Positions 27,476-62,629 of a stretch of 64,000 nt of DNA are shown here, piece after piece. The notes under the pieces were generated by a model that was not told the DNA's origin, did not search any database, and was given only the letters and a program-made list of their open reading frames with translations. The DNA is taken from contig OX597827.1 of NCBI GenBank assembly GCA_951406725.2, positions 33,046,001 through 33,110,000 of the forward strand, written 5' to 3'. The DNA comes from Octopus vulgaris (Eukaryota). Numbering within the stretch: position 1 is the first letter of the stretch; each line of letters begins with the position of its first letter. Both the position numbers and the translations under genes were made by a program.

Positions 27476-29153
27476 TATACTAAAATTACAATAATCTAGA
27501 ACAGTTATAGCTGCTCTCCAACAAATCTCTCAAAACTTACAGAATGCACCTCATATTTTATTGACCAGTATCGCTTTCATTTACGTGTGTATATACAAAT
27601 AATCTACAAGGTCAGTGATCGTAAACAACGAACATAATACTTCGGAGTGTTTTATAATACAGCATACTATATGAAAGTAATACATTGTCAGTGAAGACGT
27701 TTAAATTACCGAATATAATGATTGTTCGTTATTCAACGCTTATGGCGGTACTTTTTGTTGAATACGACAAAAGAATATTAAATAAGGAAAACGCGAAAGC
27801 GCGTGAGAACAACTCATCAAGTAAAATGACATAGTGAGTGACTGTAGTCAGTGACTGAATTTGCCAAATTTTTATAACTACAAGCTAAATTTTCTAGAAC
27901 CTTCGATATATTATTTGGCCGGAAAACTTGTGCATTTCTTTTGAATTTTGTCGCATCAACCATTATAAGACAGCCAATGCTAATTGGTTGCGCCATGTTC
28001 ACGTAGGTATTAATGCCTTTTATGGCGACACGTTTCCTTCTATGGTGATACTGTAGGTCGTGATTCTGAGCTGGGAAGCGATGGTTCAAAATTCAGCAGG
28101 AGCCTCGCTACTTTGCAAATAAGCCGAACCGTTTGAGAGTTAAATGTCATTTACATGAAGACTGTACAGAAATCGACAAGAGGTTTCGAACTACTGAATT
28201 TTCATTTGATAGGCCGATCCTCCTCGACATGTGTCAGGTTATTATTCTTGGTAGAAATAGAAAACAAAATAATTCTTTTCTTGGAAGAGTGAAACTCGAA
28301 GCAAATAAAGCTATAAATAATAGCATGTAAATATTGTGTTTAAAAATCCCTTTTGGATACAGAAAAAGTCGAAGGCTACTTGTAAGGCCCGAACCAACAT
28401 CTTTTGCAAACATGACAAATGATCTACCATTGGACCAAAACATTTCTTCGAATTTCTCCATCCATTTTAGGAAATTTATGCTTAACAGCTAAAATTGAAT
28501 GTTGCTGACGCCATAAGAATTTATATTCTTCGAGAGAATGAAGAATAATTCTATTTTAGAACGGTGAAACTCGAAGGTGACAGAGCTATAAATAATAGCG
28601 TATAAATATTGGAAATCTGGTGCTCAGCCCATCCCCAATATCGACTACATTAGGTGGATTATAGATGGATTATATCACCCACTTGTCAAAATACTCGCCT
28701 TTCATAAGTAGTTTTATTCTGCGTGCTGGGCTTGAACTAGAACAACGCTCCCTAGAAAAGAAATTGGTAATTTCTCATTGTTGCCATGTCTCAGCAAAGT
28801 TAAACTATAACACTTAGGACTAAGGGAACAAAACTATTGAAAGATAAGTGCTTTGGGAACGGAAACAGCGTAACGAGGAAGGCATGACAAACTCTTAACA
28901 TATTGTCAAATAAAATAATTGGTTCGGAGACTTAACGTTGCTGTTTCTGTTTGTCTGTCTGCCTGTCTGTCTGTATATGCCTACCTGTCTGTCTGTCTGT
29001 CTGTCCACTCGTCTCCTCTCTCTCTCTCATGCATAGTATATTCATCTGTCCGAACTAGTATGGTTCTGTCAGACATCACAAGTTCGGAGAAAGGGTATAA
29101 GTATATATGTATAAATGTATGCATTAATGTATGTACGTAAGTAGACCCATCTA

Positions 29154-29214
29154 AATAGCTGATGAAAATGCCTCGAAGCTCTTAGCTCCGGTATTTGAAA
29201 CTCTGAGTTCTATT
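29154..29214 (+). ncRNA. Type I hammerhead ribozyme-like motif
   Basis: AATAG-CTGATGA-AAATGCC..GGTATTT-GAA-ACTC-T-GAGT-T-CTATT: helix I, intact core, helix II, short helix III and a GUU cleavage triplet. Confidence 0.6.
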
Positions 29215-29727
29215 ATGACAACTTACTGATTGTTCTGTGCTATATATATATAAATTCCTCTATTTACATAATATCGAGGTCTCATTCATTTGTTTGTTAT
29301 CATTTTATTATTATTATATATATATATATATATACATATATATTTAAAAATAGGATAAAATCTTGAAAAACCTCATAAGAGAAAATCCACCAATTTTTCT
29401 CTTAAATATTTTATTTATATTATATAGAGGGTATTACTATACATAAATGCCACACGCTAGGAGGGACTCTTAAAGTCAAACATTTTATTTTGGTAGTTTT
29501 GACTTTAAGAGTCCCTCCTACTGTGGCATTATTATGTAATGTCCTCTCTCTCTTTATATATAACAATTGCAGCGTGGAAGGTGCATTTATTTTCGTCGCA
29601 AAATCCGATACTGTCGACTTTGTCAATTGGACATTTTATAACTAAATGTTACGCTTTGTTTTAAATGTCTCACCTAATTGTTTTCGTTTCAGCACACGAT
29701 CTCAGATCAAATTACTTGCTATGCGAG

Positions 29728-29792
<65 letters not shown>

Positions 29793-29795
<3 letters not shown>

Positions 29796-30383
29796 CACCG
29801 AAATAGCAATGAATGGAAACTGCATTCATGAAATAAGTACAAGAATCAGCAAAGCCAACCAAACCAATCATTCGGTGTGTTAAAATCAATATGGAAATCA
29901 CCAATACTCAGCAAGAGCACCAAAATACGATTTTACAAAAGCATCATACCATCCTCCTCTATGGGTCCGAATGTTGGGAATCAACCAAAAGTATTGAAAA
30001 GAAATTGGAGGTGATTGAAAATAAATGTTTATGAAAAATGTTGATGGTCTGCTGGCTGAATACGATCTCGATTAGCCAACTACACACCAAGGCTAACATG
30101 AAACCAATAAGGGAAACTATTGAAGCGAGGAGATGGAAATGGCTGGCTCGAGTTTGTCGCTATAAAGCGAACTCAGTTGTCAGGATCACTTTGCAATGGG
30201 TTCCACAAGGTAAAAGACGTGGCCGACGAAAGGAAACGTGGCGGGGAGCAATAACAAAAGAGCTTAAAAGCAGATGGTTAACAATGGAACGAGCTGTCGA
30301 AGACGCTCACAGTGTTAGAAGGCGGAATGATCTTGCTGTCACCTCAAGTGCCACAAGGCACAATGAGAACTGAATGAATGAAT
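29793..30383 (+). mobile_element. RTE LINE 3' fragment with (TGAA)n tail
   Basis: EISTRISKAN..LKSIWKS..KSTKIRFYKS..LLYGSECW..RRWKWL..LQWVPQGKR.RGR..TW, with stops and frameshifts. Confidence 0.85.
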
Positions 30384-30665
30384 GGATATGCATATATATG
30401 TATATACATGCATACATACATATGTATTTATACACACACACACACACATACACACACACACACACACATACACACACACACACACACACACAGTATACAC
30501 CAATTTGTTAAATTATACATATGTTCGACATGTCTTTTCATGTTTCCAAAATTTTAAAACCAAGTAATTTGATCCTAAGTTACGCAACATCGTGTAAAAC
30601 ATCGTTTTTCCATTAGTTACATTACATCGCTTGAGATACATTTGTCAATATTATCGGTTTTTGTA

Positions 30666-30710
30666 GATATATATATTAGCTGTTTTCATCTCAGAAGTCA
30701 GCAGTTGTAG
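30666..30710 (+). promoter_or_regulatory. Candidate TATA/initiator of the pacifastin-like gene
   Basis: ATATATATTA about 30 nt upstream of TCAGCAGTT and about 55 nt upstream of the ATG. Weak evidence given the AT-rich background. Confidence 0.3.
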
Positions 30711-30728
30711 ACGTCTTCATTCAGAAAG

Positions 30729-52016
<21,288 letters not shown>

Positions 52017-52581
52017 GTATACGTAACTTTTAATTTGATATTTAAATGAGTTGAAGTGAAAAGTGCTTACGAAATATTTGAAACGAATGTATATTTAGGT
52101 ATGAAGCTCAGCAAGAAGAGACAAAGAGTGAAAGTACTAAAGCAATTCTTTACAGCTGTTTCCGTTATATTTGTAATTTTGGTCTTTTTGATGGTTGTGT
52201 CAAGTAAATTGCAGTATGTGTTTATGAGTGAGGAATGGGGTAAATTCAATTCCAATGGATGAAACTGTTCTTCATACTGCACGCGTTATAGGATGTGAAC
52301 TTTACCAAGACTGATGTTGCAATACAAACTACAGACAAACAGCTTAATTTGTTTGAGTAGGGTCGGGGATATTCGAGAGAGCATAAAAGTGGAATTTAAT
52401 GCAGATATGAGAGACAACATGGCAAGCAACAACTGCAATAATAATAACTACAATAACAATAGTTACAAATGTTTTGAAATTTGCTGTAAACTAATTTGAC
52501 TTGGAAGTGAAATGTGCCCAGGCAACGATTATGTCCCAGCTACTCGTTAAACATTTTAAACATGTTTTCTTCTATGAACAG

Positions 52582-52586
52582 AATGA
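52582..52586 (+). CDS. Candidate terminal coding mini-exon (..PPK-E-stop)
   Basis: catgttttcttctatgaacag|AATGA in phase 1. An alternative candidate is 55002-55042 (DICPNLVCCFNNK*). The true exon could also lie in or beyond the gap. Confidence 0.3.
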
Positions 52587-52732
52587 TTTTCATTACTGAT
52601 ATTTGTTGATAAATATTTAGTTGTTTTTCTTTTTGATAAAAGTATTAAGGCCCAGTGGTTTATATTTCATGCATCTCCTCGTACCTATATATATGGAGGC
52701 GAACACCTTTCTCCGTGTAATTGGCTTGAAGA

Positions 52733-52809
<77 letters not shown>

Positions 52810-52813
<4 letters not shown>

Positions 52814-53003
52814 TGTCTGTCTGTCTGTGTTTGTCCCCTTCCAACATCGCTTGTTTACGTCCCCGTAACTTAGGGGTTCGGCAAAACAGACCAATAGAAT
52901 AAGTACTAGGCTTACAAAGAATAAGTCGTGGGGGCGATTTGCTCGACTAAAGGCGGTGCTCCAGGATGGCCGCAGTCAAATGACTGAAACAAGTGAAAGA
53001 GTA
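52810..53003 (+). mobile_element. S1 SINE 3' half
   Basis: Matches 56240-56440. Confidence 0.75.
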
Positions 53004-53487
53004 ATTAATAATTATTTTAAAATAAGGGAGTTAGTTTTCACTCACCCTGTATATATCAAACATTGTTAAATAGTTAAATGATAAAAGGTAAATTTACCTA
53101 ATAAAACAACACATGATATCTTAGGAAGTAACTAGATCACTAAGATTACTTAACAAAAGGGAACAATTGGTTAATGTTTAAACAACAACCGAGCAATTTT
53201 ATCATGAATTAACTTCCTGTTAAAAATTGCTCGTTAATTTAGAGGATATTTGGGTCACTTTTAACAACTTACGCTGAAATTGTAAACGTTTCGAATAGAA
53301 GGAAATAGATTAGCGTCAACTGACTAAAGCCTCTCTGCGGATGTCCCATTTGCTAGAAATAGCAGACACAACTCCACAACTCCTTCAAATTACAACCTTC
53401 TTTGAAGGTTGGGAGCAAAAGTCACGTTAGCTTATAGAGTCCTACTTATCCGTTATAAAATTATATAATTGTAGCCCGTTGTATATA

Positions 53488-53892
53488 CTCTTTTACTTGT
53501 TTCAGTCATTTGACTGTGGCCATGCTGGAGTACCGCCTTTAGTCGAGCAAATCGACCCCAGGACTTATTCTTTGTAAGCCTAATACTTATTCTATCGGTC
53601 TCTTTAGCCAAACTACTAAGTTATGGGGACGTAAACACACCAGCATCGGTTGTCAAGCGATGGTGGGGGGACAAACACAGACACACAAACATACACACAC
53701 ATACACACACACACACACATATATATATATACATATATACGACGGGCTTCTTTCAGTTCCGTCTACCAAATCCACTCACAAGGCTTTGGTCAGCCCGAGG
53801 CTATAGTAGAAGACACTTGACCAAGGTGCCACACAGTGGGACTGAACCCAGAACCATCTGGTTCGTAGGCAAACTACATACCACACAGCCAC
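53488..53892 (-). mobile_element. S1 SINE, near full length
   Basis: Reverse complement of 56046-56458. Confidence 0.8.
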
Positions 53893-54292
53893 ATATAATT
53901 TGATAAAAGCAATTTTTAAAATTATATAAAGAAAATATTGCTGGTTTCAATGATGAATCTCCTCTTATCAACTATCAGTAAAAACTTATAAACATTTGAA
54001 GTAGAAACAGTTTATCTTCTGTCTGGTGGTCAAGAACATGTCCTCTTAAAAGATAGTTTGATATAGAGTTCAAGGTGTTAGAGAGTAAGAGAAGGGGTTT
54101 AACTGTCTATTGTCTAAAAGAAATCTTTGTGTGTTCCTGTCAAAGGAGTAACTAAAAAACATTTATTTAATGGGTTTTATGTCCACCTGTGTGTGTTGTG
54201 TTGAATGTCTTTTCAATATGTTTGGAATGTGACCAGCTGTGTGTTGATGGGTGTGTATATTGTGATGAATGTCTTGTTGAAGAAAAATTATA

Positions 54293-54366
<74 letters not shown>

Positions 54367-54731
54367 CGTGCGTGCGTGTGTGTGTGTGTGTGTGTTCAAA
54401 GAAAGTTAGAGGTTGTGAATCAACCAACTAAGGGATAATATTTATCCAATATACTGCTGGTAGAATACCTAAGTGTGCTAATACACAAGTGTTTTTTATT
54501 GCATTGCAATTACATTACCAGAGTGTACTAAATGGGTGAAGGTAGAGATCTATTTTACCATTAATTTATTGAGCAATAAGAAAATGGAGGGGATCAGGTT
54601 CATCAACTTTTAGACATTATATTATGTCAATTTATTTACTAAAATGACAATTACACGAATATACATACATGTATAACATAAATGTCTAAAAGTTGATGAA
54701 CCACCTATTGATCTCCTCCATTTTCTTATTG

Positions 54732-54789
<58 letters not shown>

Positions 54790-55210
54790 GTAATATATAG
54801 GTGTTATACATGTAACAATTAAATTATGTATTATGCACTTTATTGTCTTGCATGAAACTGGTTTGTGATACAAAAAAGCTAGGTGATCACTGCTTTACAG
54901 CATACTGCAATATCAATTATGGTATAGAAAAAAACATTGAAGTTAAAGCTTTAATCAGAAAACACAAATACTTCATTATTTTCATTATTTACATTTGATA
55001 GATATTTGTCCTAATCTTGTTTGTTGTTTTAACAACAAATGAGGACAAATATCCGGCAAATGTAAATAATGTACATAATTCCTCATCTCTTAAATATAGA
55101 ACTATACTAATACTTCAGTCCACTTTTATGACTTTTTCATGTATATACTTGATAAAATTTTTTGAATTCATCAGTAATATTTTATATTCATTTAATGTGG
55201 CAAGCTAGTA

Positions 55211-55310
55211 NNNNNNNNNNNNNNNNNNNNNNNNNNNNNNNNNNNNNNNNNNNNNNNNNNNNNNNNNNNNNNNNNNNNNNNNNNNNNNNNNNNNNNNNNN
55301 NNNNNNNNNN
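55211..55310. other. Assembly gap (100 N)
   Basis: Seen directly. Confidence 1.
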
Positions 55311-56045
55311 GTTCTACGGCAGGAAGAGCAACCCTTCTTCTATCATACTCTCAATTTTGGTCAACTTGCGCCGCAGGGTCTCGGAGGAGATAGTGTTAGT
55401 TGAAGGTTACCAAACGTGGCGCACACAGACAACTTTAGCTTTATATAGAGATAACACACACACATTAATACACATACATAGACACACACACACATGTATG
55501 TATGGATGTATATATGGGTACTTGTATTGCAGAGTGGTGCCGGTTGCGCACACGCGGATTCCGCGCGTGCGAGCCAGACGTAGGTACTCGATACTCGATC
55601 GCCCTTAAATAATTACTTTTTTTTACAGAAACGCGAACGTATATAACGCGCAAAATTATTCCGTAGAATTTATCAAATTAAATAATGCAAAATTAATATA
55701 TTTTTTGAAATTGCAAATTATTTAGAATATAAAAAATCTGGCTGCTATTTCTAGGTGCCTGAGTAACAACCTCGCGGATTTACAGATAAATGAATTAATT
55801 ACTATTTTACAGAATAAAATTAAATAATTCTTGAAAATTAATTAATATTAATATTTTTTGAACAAAGTAAATAATTTTTAAAACTTAAATAATAATTTTT
55901 TTTACGCGAACGGGGAAAAGGGGGTGGCGAATTCGATTTTTTTAATTTTCGTTGAATGAATAGAAAAAATGTATAATATATGTTGTACATACCTAAATTT
56001 TTTCTTTTTCATGACATTGTAGCAAAATAGTAGTGAATTATATAA

Positions 56046-56458
56046 GGCGCAGGAGTGGCTATGTGGTAAGTAGCTTGCTAACCAACCACATGGTTCCGGG
56101 TTCAGTCCCACTGCGTGGCATCTTGGGCAAGTGTCTTCTGCTATAGCCCCGGGCCGACCAATGCCTTGTGAGTGGATTTGGTAGACGGAAACTGAAAGAA
56201 GCCTGTCGTATATATGTATATATATATATGTATGTGTGTGTTTGTGTGTCTGTGTTTGTCCCCTTAGCATTGCTTGACAACCGATGCTGGTGTGTTTACG
56301 TCCCCGTCACCTAGCGGTTCGGCAAAAGAGACCGATAGAATAAGTACTGGGCTTACAAAGAATAAGTCCCGGGTCGATTTGCTCGACTGAAGGCGGTGCT
56401 CCAGCATGGCCGCAGTCAAATGACTGAAACAAGTAAAAGAGTAAAAGAGTAAAAGAGA
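56046..56458 (+). mobile_element. S1 SINE, full length
   Basis: Box A TGGCTATGTGG, box B GGTTCAGTCCC, core CTTGGGCAAG, (GAGTAAAA)n tail. Confidence 0.85.
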
Positions 56459-57279
56459 TACCAGCAGTACATTTTTTTTTCTGGGGTATTTTTTTTCAAC
56501 CTCGTCACATATTTGCCCCTTTCAATTTAAACAAAGTCTTAATTAAGCAATTACGGCAGCTTAGCAATGGTTTCAATACAGGTGTGACATCTGTATCTCA
56601 ATTGTTCAAAACCCTTCGAATTTTTTCGCACGTGATGATATCATAGTGAAAACTTTCAATTACGCGCGCTTAGAAGTACGCTGGCAAATTAATACTACCA
56701 AAATTTTGAAGTTCACGCTCCGCTTGTGTGTGTGAGTGTGCGTGCTTTAGGTGTACGTAGGTATGTGTTTTTGTGTGTGTGTGTCACTGAAGCCATACAT
56801 ACATATATACATACATAACTTCTCTCTCTCTTTTTTCTCTCAGTCACTCACTACAAAAAGTGAATAAAAAAAGTTCAGTTATTTTTGTCTTTCACTCTCT
56901 CTGTCTCTTTACACACACTAACAAAAGCACTTCACTTACACACCACACTTTCTGTGTCGCACAACCCATCAAACACACACACACACTCACGCACGCACAC
57001 ATGTACATCAATGCTTTCGGAGTGAAATGTTAAAATATTGAGTTTTCTCAAATTTTGTCTTAATTGGGGGTGAAATTGAAAGAAATTTGTTATGGCATGA
57101 CCGAATGAAGTACTTTGAAAAATCTTAGGTAAACTCTAATTGAAGAAATTGTGTGAGGAGTAAATCGTTATGTATTTATTTGTTTCTGTTTGCTGTGTTT
57201 TTTTATTTTTTGAGTAGTGGTTTAAGGTACACTTGCAAAGAGAAAGTGGGAGAAATTATGTTGATAGCATGAGTGATCC

Positions 57280-57750
57280 GTTTTATAGAAATACTTTCAG
57301 TTTAGTCTTCCTCAAATCACTCTGTCGCTATTTACTCTCTTCCAAGAACATTTTCACTCACTCTTATCTCTTAGCTTGCCATACATTTTACTCATGTATC
57401 TATCAGCGTGATAGACAGAAACAAATATTACATCGCCATCGCATTCTATTGTCTACCTGTCAACACACACACAGTGAATTACTTTCACTTTATTCGTTGC
57501 ACACTGTGTGTGTGCGTGTGCGTGTGGTGTAAACCACATTAAGAAAAGCATTTGACATACACACCAGAATGTGAGTTTTCTGTAAATTTTGCTTAATTGG
57601 AGTTTAAATTTTAAAAACTGGACCTGGCATGACCCGATGCATTCTACTCTTAAAAATGCTAGGTAAATTGTAATTGAAGAAATCCTATATTGTAGATTTC
57701 TATAAGTGACAAAGGGAGGCAGATAAAATCTGCCTTTTATAATAAGAGAT
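57280..57750 (-). mobile_element. Interspersed repeat with Helitron-like A|TC 5' end (copies at about 59430-59781 and 61590-62050)
   Basis: Three near-identical segments ending in AGGCAGATAAAATCTGCCTTTTATAATAAGAGAT next to (TA)n. Confidence 0.55.
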
Positions 57751-57765
57751 ACATATATATATATT

Positions 57766-58610
57766 CTAGCAGAATTGCCCGGCGTTGCTCAGGGCTGAAT
57801 TACTTGAAAGTACTGTTAATGATTGCACTGAATTATAATGATTATTCAGGCAAATATTGATATAAGTTTACGGTGGGAGATATGGACTTAACGATCAAAC
57901 GTGTGCCATTGCATTGTTTTGGGGGAACCAAATTTCTGATGAGCATTATAGGAGCACCAACTTTAAGTTTGAGAAAGTGTGGTGGTAGTCCGGGGTGCTC
58001 AAAGGAATTGAGTACCTCTATTGGATAGTTGATGACGTCCTCTGGGTCAGGAGTTGTATCGATAGACTGATATACATAGACTTCCCCAGGAATGAGTTTT
58101 AGCATTTCATCATTAATATGATGAAGTGTTTTATTCCTTGGGGCCAGTATAGCCTTTTTGCCAATCCAATCCATATTCTGATAATTAGCTTGTAGATCTG
58201 GGAACACTGCATCTCTGAGATCAGAAGGCGTCTTAACAATGGTACAAATGGAATCGATGGCAATATTACCATTTTCATCCCCTGGTATTTTGCCTTCACC
58301 AAGTGCAAGGAGGGTGTGAGGAAATGCTGCTGATGTGAAATTACGTCGCATATGAGCACGCATATTGGTGTGAAGTTTGAGAGTTACTTCCCTTTATTAA
58401 AAAAAATATGCATTAAAATGGAAAAAATGATGGTAAATTATTTGTAAAATCATAGACTCATCGTAGACGCGCGCTAATACCCAGAAGGGCTCGATATGAA
58501 TCACGACTATAAGATACCCGGTTTTGGTTAAACTGCATCGCAAAATGTGGGAGTAGTTAGGAATCTAAATCGGAGTAGACAGACACACAACCTTTCTTTT
58601 ATATATAAAT
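57766..58610 (-). mobile_element. Internally deleted Helitron carrying a PIF1-like helicase fragment
   Basis: ORF 57842-58363: AILAPRN..NDEML..YPIEVLNS..GLPPHFLKLKVGAPIMLIRNL..CNGTRL. 3' hairpin plus CTAG; the 5' part matches the 25337 array. Confidence 0.88.
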
Positions 58611-58611
58611 A

Positions 58612-59120
58612 TTTTCGTCCTAAAAACTTTGTATGGATTGAATGGTTACCTCTATGGAAATATATACATGCACATTATACATACATGTGTGTATAGATGA
58701 ATATATAAATACATTTAAATATCTATATACACTTTTGGGCGATCTTTCTGTTTCTTAGAGATAACTTTAGATCTTATTTTCGTCCTAAAAAACTTTGTAT
58801 GGAGTGAATGGTTACCTCTATGGAAATATATACACACACATTATACATACATGTGTGCATAGATGAATATATAAATACATTTATATATCTATATACACTT
58901 TTGGGCGATCTTTGTGCTACTTAGAGATAACTTGAGATCTTATTTTCATCCTAAAAAACTTTGTGCAGAGTGAATGGTTACGTCTATGGAAATATATACA
59001 CACACATTATACATACATCTGTGTATAGATGAATATATAAATACATTTAAATATCTATATACACTTTTGGGCGATCTTTCTGCTACTTGGAAATACTTTA
59101 GGTCTTATATTCGTCCTAAA
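58612..59120. repeat. Tandem repeat of about 166 bp, 3 copies
   Basis: TTTTCGTCCTAAAAA..GAATGGTTACCTCTATGGAAAT recurs at about 58612, 58777 and 58943. Confidence 0.85.
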
Positions 59121-59866
59121 ACACTTTCCTGTCACACACTCACACACACGCACACACACACACACACGCACCCACACACACACACACCCTCACACACACA
59201 CACGCACACACACACACGCACACACACACACACACACACACGCACCCTCACACACACACACGCACCCTCACACACACACACGCACCCTCACACACACGCA
59301 CCCTCACACACACACACACACACTCACACACACGCACACACACACACACACACGTTAGCTTACAATTTTATTTATATATTTGCGTGTCAATGTGTGTAAA
59401 GAGGAAGTGGGAATGCAGAGTGAAAGAGTCACTCACTACAAAAAGTGAATTACTTTCACTTTAATCGTTGCACACTTGCAAAGACAAAGGAGGAGAAATT
59501 AGGTGATAGCGTCAGTGAAACAGTTCGCTCCGTTTGTGTGTGTGTGCGTGTGTGTGTGCTGTAGCCCACACTAAGAAAAGCACTTGACATACACACCACA
59601 ATGTGAGTTTTCTCTAAATTTTGCTTAATTGGGGTTGAAATTTTAAAAACTGGACCTGGCACGACCCGATTCATTCTACTCTTAAAAATGCTAGGTAAAT
59701 TGTAATTGAAAAAATCCTATATTGTAGATTTCTATAAGAGACAAAGGGAGGCAGATAAAATCTGCCTTTTATAATAAGAGATACATACATATATATATAT
59801 ATACATATATATATATACATACATATATATACATATATATATATATGTACATACATATATATATAT

Positions 59867-59897
<31 letters not shown>

Positions 59898-59954
59898 CAT
59901 ACATATATATTTACATACATATATATATATATATACATACATATATATATATAT

Positions 59955-60013
<59 letters not shown>

Positions 60014-60059
60014 CATATATATATATATACATACATATATATATATATACATACATATA

Positions 60060-60100
<41 letters not shown>

Positions 60101-60149
60101 ACATACATATATATATATACATACATATATATATATATACATACATATA

Positions 60150-60190
<41 letters not shown>

Positions 60191-60217
60191 ATATATATAC
60201 ATACATATATATATATA

Positions 60218-60612
60218 CTAGCAGTATCGCCCGGCGTTGCTCGGGTTTGTAAGGGAAATAATTATATAAGCATTTTTAGAGATGTAAAGTATAATAGCCA
60301 TCTCAATATGGCTAACCACAAAGGGGGAGGGGTGTTACTGTAGCTTTTTACGTTCTGAGATTTAATAATAAATTTTAGAGAGTTACTTCCCTTATATATG
60401 TCAAAAATGGATTAAAAATGGGAAAAATTGATGGTAAATTTTTTTTAAAATCGTAGACTCATCGTAGACGCGCGCTAATACCCAGACGGGCTCGATATGA
60501 ATCACGACTATAAGATACCCGGTTTTGGTTAAACTGCACCGCAAAATGTGGGAGTAGTTAGGAATCTAAATCGTAGGAGACAGACACACAACCTCACTTT
60601 TATATATAAAGA
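60218..60612 (-). mobile_element. Non-autonomous Helitron, same family as the 25337 array
   Basis: CTAGCAGTATCGCCCGGCGTTGCTCGGG ... TATATATAAAGA|T. Confidence 0.85.
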
Positions 60613-60772
60613 TTTCCTCTATTTACATAATATTGAGGTCTCTTTCTTTCTTTTGTTATCTTACTGTTTTTACCAATATACATATATATATATATAAATA
60701 TATATATAGTTACAGAGATGTACTTGCATAGCAAGTGACTTGATCTGAGATCGTGTGCTGGAACGAAAACAG

Positions 60773-61031
60773 TTGCAGCGTTGAAGGTGTTTATAAGCCA
60801 TTTAAGAAACACACAAAAACCGTTAGATTCACTTCAACATTTAAATTTAATTTGTCAAAATATTTTCATCGCTTTGAGACTGCGACCTGTTAGCACGATA
60901 TTTTTGTCAGTGAACAGGTCGCGGTCTCAAAGCGAGGAAAATATTTTGGCAAATTAAATTTAAATGTTGAAGTGAATCTAACGGTTTTTGTGTGTTTCTT
61001 AAATGGCTTACAAACACCTTCCACGCTGCAA
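60773..61031. repeat. Inverted repeat with arms of about 117 bp
   Basis: TTGCAGCGTTGAAGGTGTTT..GCGACCTGTT / AACAGGTCGC..AAACACCTTCCACGCTGCAA. Confidence 0.85.
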
Positions 61032-62056
61032 TATATATATACACACATATAAATATATGTATGTGTGTATATGTGTATGCGTGTGTGTGTGTGTGTGTCT
61101 GTGCTTGTGATTGTCCTCCACCACTGCTTGACAACGAATGTTGGTTTGTTTACACCCCTGTCACCTAGTGGTTTGACAAAGGAAACAGATAGAATAAGTA
61201 CAATGCTTACAAAAATAAAACTGGAGTTGATTCATTAAACTACAATTCTTCAAGGCATTGCCCCAGCATGGCCACAGACCAATGGCTGGAAAAAGCAGAA
61301 GAATAAAAGAATACATTCTCTGCTTTGGTCTTATGTTCAAGGCATGAGAAAGCTTGAGTTTACATGAGAAGGCCTAACAGACCTGGTAGAAACAGCAGCC
61401 AAATCTCCCTCAAATCACACCTTACTGTCTTATGTATGTATATATATATGAGCCAATGAGGGGGACCTCTACATGGTAGCTAGACCTGGTAGAAATAGCA
61501 GCCAAATTTCCCCCAAATCACACCTTACTGTCTTATGTATGTATATATATATATATATATATATATACAAGCCACTACGGTTATTTAATGTAAAGTCTTC
61601 CTCAAATCACTCTCTTGCTATTTACTCTCTTCCAAGAACATTTTCACTCACTCTTATCTCTTAGCTTCCCATACATTTTACTCATGTATCTATCAGCATC
61701 ATAGACAGAAACAAATATTACATGGCCATCGTCATCGCATTCTATTGTCTACCTGTCAACACACACACACAGTGAATTAGTTTCATTTTATTCGTTGCAC
61801 ACTGTGTGTGTGTGTGTGTGCGTGTGGTGTAAACCACATTAAGAAAAGCATTTGACATACACACCAGAATGTGAGTTTTCTCTAAATTTTGCTTAATTGG
61901 GGTTGAAATTTTAAAAACTGGACCTGGCAAAACCCGATGCATTCTACTCTTAAAAATGCTAGGTAAATTGTAATTGAAGAAATCCTATATTGTAGATTTC
62001 TATAACTGACAAAGGGAGGCAGATAAAATCTGCCTTTTATAATAAGAGATATATAT

Positions 62057-62107
<51 letters not shown>

Positions 62108-62629
62108 CATATATATATATATATATATAATGTGTGTGTATGTATCTTTCTCTGCTCTTCCTCGTGAAGGCATTCTGCGAGTTGGATGTTTGACTCGATG
62201 TCACAGTCATTGCATTATTTATGCGCACACAGGCAGAGCTTTAGTCTATCTAGTTAAAAATTAGCTACACCATTTGCACTTCATGGTTAAGTGGTTTTTG
62301 TGTTGGCAAGAATTTACAGCTGGGGAACATGGTGGCTGGCATGGTAGGTGTTGGGTGGAATACAAAACAAAAGAAAAAGGGGGGATAAAAAAAAAGCACC
62401 ACCATGTTCCTGTGATTTATGTTTTATGATTGAGTTTGCTACAATTCCCTAATCAAGATGACCAATCTATAACATTCAATAGTTCAGTCATCCCTAACAT
62501 GTATCCCCCCCACTCCCTGCCTCATTTGTCTTTGTTCCTTTTTATCTCTCTTTTTTGCTTTCTCTCTCTCTCTCTGCCTTTCCATATGCCCCTTTCTATC
62601 TGCCCTTGTCTGCCTCTCTGTATCTTCCC

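Noticed and set aside
57842-58363. Host PIF1 helicase gene
   Set aside because: Partial domain enclosed by Helitron termini.
58612-59120. CRISPR-like array
   Set aside because: Eukaryotic context; full-length tandem units with no unique spacers.
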